NCBI GenBank assembly: GCA_963664405.1
Contig: OY761158.1
Span: 4,800,001 to 4,864,000 of the forward strand
Length of the DNA stretch: 64,000 nucleotides
Direction of reading: 5' to 3'
Source: Thermoanaerobaculia bacterium
GTDB taxonomy: Bacteria; Acidobacteriota; Thermoanaerobaculia; Multivoradales; Multivoraceae
Below the pieces are notes generated by a model. That model searched no databases, was not told the origin of the DNA, and saw only the letters and a program-made list of their open reading frames with translations. Shown here piece after piece: positions 19,589 to 29,994 of the stretch; position 1 is the first letter of the stretch; every line of letters starts with the position of its first letter. The position numbers and the translations under genes are program-made.

Positions 19589-22500
19589 CAGAATCGGTAG
19601 TAGAGCCAGACGGCATAGCTGATGATGTCGGGCGGGAACCGGTGGCCGCGGTAGCTGGTTTGTCGCTCATCATCGGTCCAGTCCGACGGCGACCGCCTCA
19701 ACTTGACAATGCCAGCGACGTGGCCGAGGTGCCATACAGGCCTTGGGAGGAGCCGAGCCGCCGTTGCGGGTAACCAATAGCGCTAAAGCAACCGGCCTTG
19801 GGAGCGGGAGTGTGCGTTGCCCACCGACTCAGCCCAGACGCGTCACGCTTTTAGCGCCGAAAGGTACTCGCCCTGAGGTGCCAGCGCCTATGCGGGTTCA
19901 AGCTCGGTAGGATCCGTGATGAACAGGCGAAGCTGCCTGCGCAGGCGCGGGAAACACCTCGACGGTTCGTCGAACGAGAGAGCCACTACCTCTGGGGAAG
20001 GCGCTCTTTGCTCTCTGTTTGGAAAGAAGAGGCGAAGCCCTTCTGGTTCGTGACTTCCGATAGCCGATCTGCACCGGCCGGGCAAGATAGGATGGGCAGC
20101 GTCGAATGGAATACCTTACCCCCTATCAAGCACCGTCGACTCCTGGGCGATTCATGGACATCACACTCCGCGAAGCGTGCCCTCCTCTGGAAGACGCCCA
20201 GCCAGTTTCGCGTTCCTTCCGCAACCTCCAGGCAAACCGCGAGCACATCCACATGATGGTGGTAGGAGGGCATGAGTCCACTCGCTAGTCGCACCTACTC
20301 GAACGCCTCTTGCGAGAGAGGGTGGCCCCCAGGCCTGCCGTCGACTGACGTGCCCCTTCCCGGCTCCATAGAGGGTCGTCCATGACGGAACCAGGGACCG
20401 ACCCGGACCGCGAGAAGGGAATCTCGCTATACAAGTTTCTTCTCGAGTTGACCAGACTTCGTACGAGGGTCGTCCACTCGATTGACGATTACCCGACGAG
20501 GACGATTTTCTTGGGAGATGTGCCGATCGACCATCGGTGTCGCTCCGGCCTATGGGTTCGTGAGGGACTGCCAGAGGATGGTCGGCAGGACTTGCTCCCG
20601 CGGGCCGATGACTGCTGGCTGGAAGTCGACAAGCCGGACTTGGCGCCCCCTCCGAAACCGAGTGAGAGCCTCCGGCCCTGGATTGTTGAAGAGCAACTTC
20701 ACGATTCGAAACTGGACTTCCCCGAACTGCGAGCGGAGCGGCTGTTACTCGACGAGAACGGCGACGCGACAACGATCGAGCTGAGCAACGAACCGGGTGT
20801 CGAGGATGACTGGAACCACTTTGTTGAGGAAGAGTGGTGGCCCTGGGCCGCGCGAGATCGACGGCTACGACCCCTTCAAGATCTCTATGCCAAGCTCTTC
20901 TCAATTCACCAGGCGCTTGGTCTCGAGGGGGAGCGGTACGAGCTCCTTGTCGGACAGGGCCTGCTCGCCTGGAAGTCGGCTGGCGGTCTCGATGTAAAGA
21001 GGCATCTTCTTGTTGCGTCGGCTGCGATTCAGCATGACGCCGACCGCGGCATCATCACGGTGGGCCCCGCCGGCGACGGCCCTGACCTGCGTCTTGAAGA
21101 AGAGATGGTCCCGCCAGAGCAGCGTCCGTCCGTGTTGGGCCGAGGCGATGTCGACGACCTTCGGCAGTCGGTTGGGGACCAGATCTTCACACCGGTCCCG
21201 GTCGATCGCCTCCTTCGGACCTGGGTACAGGACGCGGATGCTGCCGGCCAATACTCCGAGTCCCTTTCTCCACCTCCGCGCAGTGCGGAACCGATCGTCC
21301 ACCTTGCACCCGCACTCGTGCTGCGTGAGCGAACCGACCGTTCCTTCCTTAGAGCTTTCGAAGAGATCCTCGAACAGCTTGAGGCGGGCGAGCCCGTTCC
21401 TGAGGGGCTGAAGCGTTTCGTAACCGCCGCCGATGCATGGAATCCAGGTTCAGGGGGCAGCCCCTCGGGAGGGAGTGCCGCGGGGAGCTCGGAGATCTAC
21501 TTCCCCCTCCCCGCAAACGCTGAACAACGCGAGATCGTAGATCGCCTTGGCCGCCGGCCAGGTGTCCTCGTTCAAGGGCCCCCAGGCACCGGTAAGTCCC
21601 ACACGATCGTCAATCTAATCTGCCACCTCCTTGCGACCGGTCAAAGGGTTCTGGTGACGAGTCACACGGCCCGTGCCCTGGCTGTTATTCAGAGACTGCT
21701 GCAGAAACGAGTCGCGGTGATCGCGCCTCTTGCCGTCGTCGCCATGGGCAACGACCGTGACTCTCTTGAGGCGATGGAAGGGTCTGTCCAGGGCATCACC
21801 AGTCGTCAGAATTCTTGGGACCCTAGGGTTGCGCAGCGCACAATCGAATCTCAGGTAGAGAGGCTCGACGAAGCTCGCCGGCTCAAAGCTTCCACGCTGA
21901 CGCGACTGAGGGAATTACGTGAGCAGGAGACTCTGCGTCAGGGGTTGCGCTTCGGCTCCTACAGCGGGACTCTCGGGCAGATTGCATCGCAGCTTCGCTC
22001 CGAGGAGGAGGAACTTGGCTGGTTGGCGGAAGCCGTTGGCGGCGAGGCCTCTCCCCTCTTAGCACCGCAGAGTTCGGCCGGCTTCTCGGGCTTCTCCGCT
22101 CTCCAGCCATCGACGCTGCAGAAGAGAGGGGGGTCGAAACCTCAGACCCTTCGGCTCTCCCGCGCCCCGAGGATCTGCAGAGACTCGCTGAACTCGAGCA
22201 AGAAGCTGAGCTAGCTGACCAGGCAGTCGAAGGGCTGCACTCGCATCCCGTGTTCGCGCCGCTTGCGAGTCTTGAGGACGAAGACCGAAAGTCCGTAGGT
22301 ACGAAGCTCGAGACGCTCCTTGACGGTGCGAGGCTGGTGGGGAACCACCTCCAAGAATGGACCGAGCACGCCGTTCACCAGGTCCTTGGTGACCGCGATC
22401 GGGTCTGGCGACAGCTACTCGCGGCGACAGAATCGCACCTGAAGCGGATTGGAGACCGTGCGCCCTGGGCTGATGAGAACCCAATGCTCGAGGGTACGGG

Positions 22501-23409
22501 GCGCCACCCGGACGCAATCGCTTCTGATACGCGAGAGGTGATTAAGCACTTCGAGGCCGGAAAAGGTTGGGGCCTTGGTCCGTTCGCCAGATCTCGGATC
22601 AAGGCCTGCCGCTATCTTCGGGAGGTGAGGATCGGAGGGCGTCCCTGTCGTGCACTTGAGAGTCTTCGTGACCTCGCCTCTTGGCTTGATGTCGACCGTG
22701 AATGCCGCGACCTGAACCTTCTCTGGCGCGAGCACACGAATCTCTCTGGGAAGCCTTTCTGTGTTCAGGTCTCGGAGTATGGGGACCTCTGCGAACCTCT
22801 GGCCTCGGTGCTCGATCTCTACGAAGTACGCGATGAGGCCCGTGCCGCTTATCAGAAACACGGTTTGGCTGAACCGACGTGGCACGACCTCAAAGATGTG
22901 GAGGGCCATCTGTCAGCACTGCGGGCCGCAGATGCTCGGGCTCGGAGGGAAACAGTTCGCCAGCGAGCAGGGGACCTCCGAGGCCGCCTCCAGACTGTGC
23001 GAGCCGTGGGCAAGGCGCCTTCAGAGGTGGGTAGTCTGCTTAGCGCCTTCGAGGAGCGGGACGTTCGCGCCTTTCGAGAGGCGAGGGAAGCGCTGGAAAG
23101 ACTGCACGGGCTGTTGCTCGAAGCCGATGAGCGGCGAGCCCTACTCGACCGACTGCGATCTGCGCTTCCTGAGACCGCGGCCCAGCTCGAGGCGACCTTC
23201 CATGACGAGCCGTGGTCCCGCCGGGCTCAGACCCTGGAGAGGGCCTGGCGGTGGGGAGCCTGCCGAGCATGGGTGAGAGTGAGCACGATAATCGATGGGA
23301 ATGTTGGCCATTCTGAGCACGGTAGGTGAGGGAAGGGTGTTTGGTCCCTCAAGTAGTGTGCTCAAGACTAGGTCCGTCGGCATCATCCCCGCCGAAGGCG
23401 GGCCGTCGG

Positions 23410-24773
23410 GGATCCGTCCCGAATGCTGTGGAAATTGAGAATGGCGTAACCTCCTAGTGGTCAAACACATCGCCGGTTAGGGCGAACGGAGGATTACGCC
23501 ATGGTGGAGAATATCAACGAGGAAGGGGAAGCTGCACGCTTCCGTCAGGACATTCGTTCGTTGTTACGCGAGCGTGTTCGTGCGGCGATCGAGATCACAC
23601 TCGAGGAAGAGCTGTCCGAGGCGCTGGGCTGCAGCGCCTACGAGCGTTCAGGCGAGCGTGCGGGCTATCGCAACGGCAAGCAGCGTCGTCTGATCACGAC
23701 GGCGTGTGGGTCGAAGGAACTGGACATTCCACGAGGACGGCTAGTCGGCGAGGATGGGGCCAGCGTAGAGTTTCGCAGTGCGATCGTGCCGCGTTACGCT
23801 CGTCGTACGCAGGAGGTCGATGACGCGATCCTGGGTGCGTATCTGGCTGGCGCTAACAGCCGCCGGATCAAGAAGGCATTGGCTCCGCTGCTGGGTGAGG
23901 AGCACCTGTCCAAGAGCGCAGTTTCGCGTGTGGTGTCTCGGCTGAAGGAGCTTTTTGCTCGCTGGAGTGAGCGCGATCTGTCGGAGGAGTCCTACGTGCT
24001 TCTGTTTCTCGATGGCTTTCACCTGAAGGTCCGCTTGGCCCGTCGAGTGGTCTCGGTACCGGTGCTGGTGGTGCTGGGTGTGACTCCGGACGGCACCAAG
24101 GTGCTGGTGGCCTTACGTTTAGCCGCGAGCGAGGCCGCCGAGCACTGGAAGTGGCTGATCGAGGATCTGAAGGCCCGAGGTCTTCAGGCTCCGCGCTACC
24201 TGGTCACGGATGGCCACAAAGGGCTGGCCGCGGCGCTGAAGGCTTGGCCTGAGGTCAAAGTCCAGCGCTGCGTCCAACACAAGTGGGAGAATCTGAAGAA
24301 ACACTGCCCGGTGCACGCACACGACGAGCTGCGGCGTGACTGGCACTCGATCGTACGAGCCGAGGACGCGGCACAGGCCCGCAAGGCCTACGCGGCGTTC
24401 GTCACCAAGTGGTCGCGACTAGTCCCGGCGGTGGCTCGCAGCCTTGAGGAGGCAGGGTTCCAGCTACTGACCTTCTACGAGCTCCCCAAATCGCTGTGGA
24501 GTTCGGTGCGCACGACCAACGCTCTGGAGAACCTGAACCGCGAGTTTCGTCGCCGCACTAAAACCCAGGGCTCCTTTGCCACCGAGGCTGCCGGCGTCAC
24601 GCTCCTCTGGGGGCTCGTCGCCTTCGGGCAGATACACCTGCGAAGGATTAACGGCTACCGGGCGCTTCAGCTCCTGCTCGAGGTTGAGAGGGCCGCGTAA
24701 ACGGTAGGATTTAGCAAAAGACGACTCGGAGGACTACGCCTGAACCCATTTCCACAAAAAACGGGACACATCC
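23410..24773 (+). mobile_element. Complete IS256-family element
   Basis: Imperfect TIRs GGATCCGTCCCG..GTGGAAAT and GGATGTGTCCCG..GTGGAAAT. 8-bp TSD gccgtcgg (23402-23409 and 24774-24781). Confidence 0.9.
23501..24700 (+). CDS. IS256-family (Mutator-like) transposase
   Basis: GYRNG, LFLDG, LVTDGHKGL, QRCVQHK, RTTNALENLNREFRRRTK. Confidence 0.93.
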   Translation: MVENINEEGEAARFRQDIRSLLRERVRAAIEITLEEELSEALGCSAYERSGERAGYRNGKQRRLITTACGSKELDIPRGRLVGEDGASVEFRSAIVPRYARRTQEVDDAILGAYLAGANSRRIKKALAPLLGEEHLSKSAVSRVVSRLKELFARWSERDLSEESYVLLFLDGFHLKVRLARRVVSVPVLVVLGVTPDGTKVLVALRLAASEAAEHWKWLIEDLKARGLQAPRYLVTDGHKGLAAALKAWPEVKVQRCVQHKWENLKKHCPVHAHDELRRDWHSIVRAEDAAQARKAYAAFVTKWSRLVPAVARSLEEAGFQLLTFYELPKSLWSSVRTTNALENLNREFRRRTKTQGSFATEAAGVTLLWGLVAFGQIHLRRINGYRALQLLLEVERAA

Positions 24774-27544
24774 GCCGTCGGGGCCTGACGCGCAGTCCAT
24801 ACTTGTTCTTTCGCTGATCACGCTGAACGAGGGCTGACACGCAGCGATGGGATGAACGGCACGCTATCTGATGGGCGATCGAGGCGGTTCGCCGAGCTTC
24901 CATCGCGCTTGGGCCCCTGGTTGCGCCCTCAGATACCTTGAACGGAACACCCATTCCCACCAGACAACGTGATCGGGTTTCCTCGAATCGCCATCAAATA
25001 CTGTGAACAAGACCGTCTGAGGCAAGTGGCAGCGAAACGCAGCTTCGGCTAAGTCCTTCAAAAGGCTACGCGACCATCACTTATCGTGATCGGACCGCCA
25101 TCGATTATCGTGCTCACTCTCACATGGGTGGGGGAATTTGCCGATCCGAAAGCGGCTCAACGCTTGACCGCGAGTCTCGAGCAGGCGCGGGCCGAAGAGT
25201 CGAGTGCGATAGCTGAGCTCGCTGCAGCTAAAGCTTGGTCCTTCTGTTTCGAGCGAATGACGGACCACGAACGCCAACACCTCGTCGCTTGGTCAAAGGC
25301 GGTAAGGAATCTCGGAAAAGGCACGGGGAAGTACGCCCCACAGCATCGGCGGAATGCGCGCGAACACATGAATGAGTGCCGGTCCGCCATTCCCGCTTGG
25401 GTCATGCCTCTCTATCGTATTGTCGAGACAGTGAAGCCCGGCTCGGATCTGTTCGACGTGGCTATCATCGATGAGGCCAGCCAGTCGGGGCCCGAAGCGC
25501 TGATCCTGCCTTATCTCGCTAAGCAGCTAGTGGTAGTCGGCGATGACAAACAGATCAGCCCCTCCTACGTCGGCCTGAATCGTGCGGGAGTTGCTCAACT
25601 GCGGCGGACCTACCTTCAGGACCTGCCACACCCCGACGCGTTTGGCGTTGACCATAGTTTCTTTGATCTTGCCGAGATTCAGTACGAGGGTCGAATTCGA
25701 TTGCATGAGCACTTCCGCTGTATGCCAGAGATCATTCAGTTCTCCAACAATCTCTGCTATGCAGCGGAGCCGCTCACTCCTCTCCGCCAGTTCGCTGCCG
25801 GTCGCTTGACTCCGGTTGTGGAAGCGGTGCGAGTGGGTGGCGGCTACATAAAGGGCACTGGGAGCAAACAGATCAACCAGCCCGAGGCCGAGGCACTGGT
25901 GGCGAAGATTGAAGAACTCCACGCTGATGAGAGGTATGAGGGGAAGACGTTTGGGGTCCTCTCCCTCTTAGGTCACGGCCAGCATGGCCTGATCGAGAGG
26001 ATGCTCCTTGAGCGTCTTGGAACGAAGGCAATCCGCGATCGACAGCTCGTCTGCGGTCAGCCCTCCGCATTCCAGGGCGATGAGCGCGACGTCATGTTCC
26101 TTAGCCTGGTCTCGGCCGCAGTCGAAGGACAGCGCATCAAGACCCTGAGCGGCGAAAGCGACAAGCAGCGCTTCAACGTAGCGGCGAGTCGGGCGAGGGA
26201 CCAAATGTTCCTGTTCCACAGCGCCGGCATCGATGACCTAGGGCGAAACTGTCTCAGGCGGGCTCTTTTGAGCTACTGCTTGAACCCGCGCGTTGAGATG
26301 AGTGGGGATTCAGGTGTCGATGTAGAGCGCCTTCGCCATCAGGCCAGAACCGTCGCCCGGACGATCAATCCCAGCAATGCCCCCAACCCCTTCGGTAGCT
26401 GGTTCGAGGTCGATGTCTTCTTGAAGATCGTCGGCGCCGGTTTCCGTGTACTCCCTCAGTACGAGGTCAATGGGTACTTTATCGATCTCGTCGTCGAGGG
26501 CCTACAGGGGCGGCTGGCCGTTGAGTGTGACGGGGACCACTGGCACGGCCCCAAACAGTGGGATGCTGATACGGCGCGGCAGCGAGACTTGGAGCGCTGT
26601 GGTTGGCGATTCAAACGTCTTGGCGAGTCTGTCTTTCGGTTAGATGAAGACAGCGCGCTTGAAGGGCTTTGGGCCGAGTTGAAGATGCTGGGGATACGCA
26701 CCATGGCCCAGGAGATCGATATCCCGGAAGGCGGGGAAGAAAGCGAGCCTGCAGAGTCTCTTCATACCCCCGCTGAGACTCGCTCGCCCCCCAGCCGAGT
26801 TGGTCCTGTCGAGACAAGGCTGCCGGCTGGATCTCGTGCTGACGCGCCGGCTGCTCATCTTCGCGGGCTGAGCGACGGTGAAAGTCTCTCGCCCGCAGAA
26901 GAAGACGCTCGAAGCTCTCCGAGATCTCCCCTTCTTCCAGATCCTACCGAAACCGCACCCTCAGGGTTGGTCGATGGCTTGCTGGCATTGATTGAAGAGG
27001 AGGGGCCGATCGAGGAGACAGCCCTCTTCCAGCGCTTCGTGAAGGCAGCAGGCAGGCATCGGGTGAGAGCGGCCCGACAACCTCTGGAGAACGCCGTCGA
27101 AATTGCGCTGCTGCGTGGGTTGATCGAAGTGTCGGCCGAGCGGTCGGAAAGGAATTCAGAGGAGAGAGTTCTGAGGAAGAGTGGCACGCCATTGGTACGA
27201 GTTCGCCTGCTGGGCAGCCGCCGCCTCCTTGAAGTTCCCCCTTCCGAGTTGAGGGCTGTGATGCAGGATCTCCATGAGAAGCAGCCGTGGCTTGCCGGGG
27301 AGAACCTCTATCGAGCGCTGCTCACGTTCTACGGCGCAAAGAAGCTCACGACGGGGATCAGAGAGAGATTGAGTTTCGTTGAGTCGGGCCTCAGTGAGCT
27401 TTGAGGGGTGTTCCCCCGGGCACTGTCAAGTGGAGGCGCTGACTGGCAGACTACGCAGATGAATGCCAAACCACCGAGCTACGATGGATACCGGTTTCCG
27501 ACCGAGATCATCAGCCACGCCGTCTGGCTCTACTATCGCTTCTG

Positions 27545-27588
27545 GTGCGCCGTGAAAAGCCTGCGATTCTCAGTGGGTGCAATTCCCA
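27545..27588 (+). mobile_element. Probable group II intron 5' stub (44 nt)
   Basis: GTGCGCCGTGAAAAGCCTGCGATTCTCAGTGGGTGCAATTCCCA, near-identical to 19543-19588 and at the same IS6 codon. Confidence 0.65.
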
Positions 27589-27706
27589 TGCGTATTCCGG
27601 TCCATCGTGATCACTGATTCCGCTCGAAGCTGATCATCGATTCCGGTGAAGGTGATCACGGATTCCGATCATGGTGATCACCGATTCCGGTGATGGTGAT
27701 CACTCG
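27589..27706 (+). repeat. IS21-family left end with ~22-bp-period transposase-binding repeats
   Basis: Starts TGCGTATTCCG. About five units of (g/c)tgatca(c/t)nGATTCCG, directly upstream of istA. Confidence 0.8.
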
Positions 27707-27760
27707 TCGGTAGCGAGATCGAGCATCCTATGTCCTTCGCTTGAGAAGGAGGACAGAAGG

Positions 27761-28925
27761 ATGGCGGCAAGGAAGCTATCGATGAGGAAGATCCGCGAGA
27801 TTCTGCGACTGAAGTACGAGGTGGGGCTTTCGCACCGGGCGATAGCTCGGTCGCTGACGATTGGTGTGGGGACGGTGTCGGCGTACGCCAAGCGTGCCCG
27901 GCTTGCTGGTTTGAGCTGGCCGTTGGACGAGGAGCTGGACGATGCGGCTTTGGAGGTGCGTTTCTTCGGTGCTCGCCAGCCGCCCTTGGGTCCGAGACCG
28001 CAGCCGGCGGTGGCGCAGATCCACGAGGAGCTCAGGCGCCCGGGGGTCACGCTGCACCTGCTGTGGATGGAGTATCTTGAGACACACCCGGACGGCTACC
28101 GCTACAGCCAGTTTTGTGAGATCTATCGGCGGTGGGTAAAGAAACTGCATCCGACGATGCGCCAGCGCCACAAGGCTGGCGAGAAGGTGTTTGTCGACTA
28201 CTCGGGCAAGAGACCCCACATCGTCGACCCCGTCACCGGAGAGTGGATCGCTGTCGAGCTCTTCGTGGGCTGTCTGGGCGCATCCAGCTACGTCTATGCC
28301 GAAGCCACCCGCAGCCAGGGGCTCGACTCCTGGATGGCGTCGCACACGCGGATGCTGGCCTACTTTGGCGGCTCGGCCGAGATCTGGGTCCCTGACAATC
28401 TAAAGAGCGGCATAACGACGCCCTGCCGCTACGAGGCGGGGGGTGAACCGGACCTATCAGGATTTTGCCGATCACTACGGAGCCGTAGTCATCCCGGCCC
28501 GGGTCAGGCGCCCTCGTGACAAGTCGAAAGTCGAGGCCTCCGTGCTGGTGGCCCAGCGCTGGATTCTGGCCGCCTTGCGCGATCACACATTCTTCAGCCT
28601 CTCGGCGCTGAATGAAGCCATCCGCGAGAAGCTGGAGGTGCTCAACCACCGGCCGATGAAACACCTGGGTGCCTCTCGCCGAGAGCTCTTCGAGCGGCTG
28701 GATCGACCGGCGCTCAAGCCTCTGCCGGTGGAGTCCTACCAGAAGGCCTATTGGAAGCCGTGCCGGGTCTCGATCGACTACCACGTCGAGGTCGCCCGTA
28801 ACTACTACAGCGTGCCCTACCAGCTCGTCTCCGAAGAAGTCGAAGCGCGCTTCACGGCGACGATCGTCGAGGTCTACTTCAAATCCAAGAGGGTGGCCTC
28901 GCACCCACGGCTCCGCGGCCGCAAA
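27761..28925 (+). pseudogene. istA: IS21-family transposase IstA, frameshifted and 3'-truncated
   Basis: MAARKLSMRKIREILRL, FVDYSG, VPDNLKSG, PARVRRPRDKSKVE. Extra G in a G-run near 28440. Homology ends at SHPRLRGRKH. No istB. Confidence 0.88.
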
Positions 28926-29474
28926 CACGCCGCCGGGACCACGCACCCGGACCGCCGTTCCGGCGGGATGATGCCGACCTCCTGAAGAAGGGCTAGCTCT
29001 CCCGCGGTCGCGAAGCCCTCAGCTCACTCCATCCCGGAAACTGCGCTCGCAGCCAACGGGATGCGCTTTCTCGCAGCCATCAACAAGGGCCAAGGGGCAG
29101 AGCCGGTGGTGCTGGTGACCGACAAGCCAAGGAGCGATGGCGCGGCGCACCGAACGACCATGCCTTCGGTTCGGCACGACACGACGCATTACGCGAACAA
29201 CCGAGCCGAGGTCTCGCACCAGTGCACTCGACAGCGAGAGCGGCAGATGCGTAGATTCAAGTCACCAGGCCAAGCACAACGCTTCCTCTCAGCCCGCGGA
29301 GCGATCCAGAACCTCTTCCGGGTTGGCCGGCACCTCGTGAGCTCTGCCAACCACCGCACGTTGCGCGATCGTTCCTTCGTTGTCTGGCGGCAGGTGACGT
29401 GTGTCTGCTGAATCCGAGACGAGCAGTCCTCAAAAGGCCCCATCTCGCTCCTGCCGGAACAAGTTGACAACACC

Positions 29475-29620
29475 TTCTGGACGATTCTCCGGCGCCGATG
29501 GAGTCATTGGGCGCACGCGCTCGTGATCGTGCAGCCCGAGACCGTCGTCCGCTGGCACCGGCAGGGATTCAGGTTGTACTGGCGGTGGAAGAGCCGAAAT
29601 GGGAGTGGTGGACAACCGAG
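29475..29620 (+). pseudogene. Fragment of an integrase-core (rve) type transposase
   Basis: Manual translation FWTILRRRWSHWAHALVIVQPETVVRWHRQGFRLYWRWKSR. Confidence 0.7.
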
Positions 29621-29994
29621 CCAGTCCGAGGCGCTATGGTGATTGGGTGGCGATTCGCTGGTATCGTAGCGATCTACTTGTGAATTGCGGTTGCCGATAC
29701 TTGAGAGTGGTTCTGGCTGGCACTTTTCTGACAGTTGCGTAATCTGCCCCAGCGGATGGCAATGCGTCTCAAAGAGGATCTCACCAGCGAGTGTCGACGA
29801 TGAAGAGACCGAGGTGGGGGATGGAGCGAGCCGTCTACCGGGCATGGCGAGCGGTTGAACTGGCGTTACGTGACCGAAGTGGCTCGGCACAACGGGAGAG
29901 GAGTCGCAGATGGGGACTGCCACCGGAACTTTGGGATAGGGTTTCTCGCCCCTCGCGAGAGACGCAATGATTGAGCAGCTGTGAGACACCACCG

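Larger units (their letters stand above)
19210..19713 (-). mobile_element. IS6-family relic with nested insertions and internal deletion
   Basis: Inverted ends ggcactgtcaagttg (19210-19224) and caacttgacaatgcc (19699-19713). N-terminal YRGHRFPPDIISYAVWLYYRF and C-terminal QVTCAH* on the minus strand. Confidence 0.8.
23274..25122. mobile_element. Non-autonomous MITE-like element (~477 bp once the nested IS256 is removed)
   Basis: Perfect 25-bp TIR tgagagtgagcacgataatcgatgg (23274-23298 and 25098-25122). TG...CA ends. 6-bp TSD catggg (23268-23273 and 25123-25128). Confidence 0.85.
20382..27404 (+). pseudogene. Large SF1 (UPF1/DNA2-like) helicase + Vsr/MTES_1575-like nuclease, disrupted
   Basis: VQGPPGTGKSHTI, FDVAIIDEASQ, VVVGDDKQ, EHFRC, FQGDERD, RFNVAASRARD, FEVDV...IDLVV...LAVECDGDHWH...RQRDLERCGW. 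Frameshift near 22050. Removing 23274-25128 restores the frame (RAW-VGEFADP). Confidence 0.85.
27419..29474 (+). mobile_element. IS6-family relic carrying a nested intron stub and IS21 fragments
   Basis: Left end ggcactgtcaagtgg (27419). N-terminal YRFPTEIISHAVWLYYRF (27459-27544). C-terminal VTDK...ANNRAEVSHQ.TRQRERQMRRFKSPGQAQRFLS (29086-29411). Right end caagttgacaacacc (to 29474). Confidence 0.85.

Noticed and set aside
19714-20381. Possible ncRNA or further intron sequence; 11-nt direct repeat ggccttgggag (~19739 and ~19794)
   Set aside because: I could not identify domain V/VI or any convincing structure or ORF, and the repeat is too short to support a call.
27589-27706. Short periodic repeats resembling a mini-CRISPR or iteron array
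   Set aside because: Period is ~22 bp with no unique 30-40 nt spacers and no cas or rep gene. They start at a TG end directly before istA, as expected for IS21 terminal repeats.
28436-28446. Programmed frameshift in istA
   Set aside because: It is a single extra G in a homopolymer in mid-gene of an already truncated copy; mutation or sequencing error is more likely.
19210-29474. Composite transposon formed by the two IS6 relics around the helicase gene
   Set aside because: The copies are diverged and separately degraded, and no flanking target duplication is visible.
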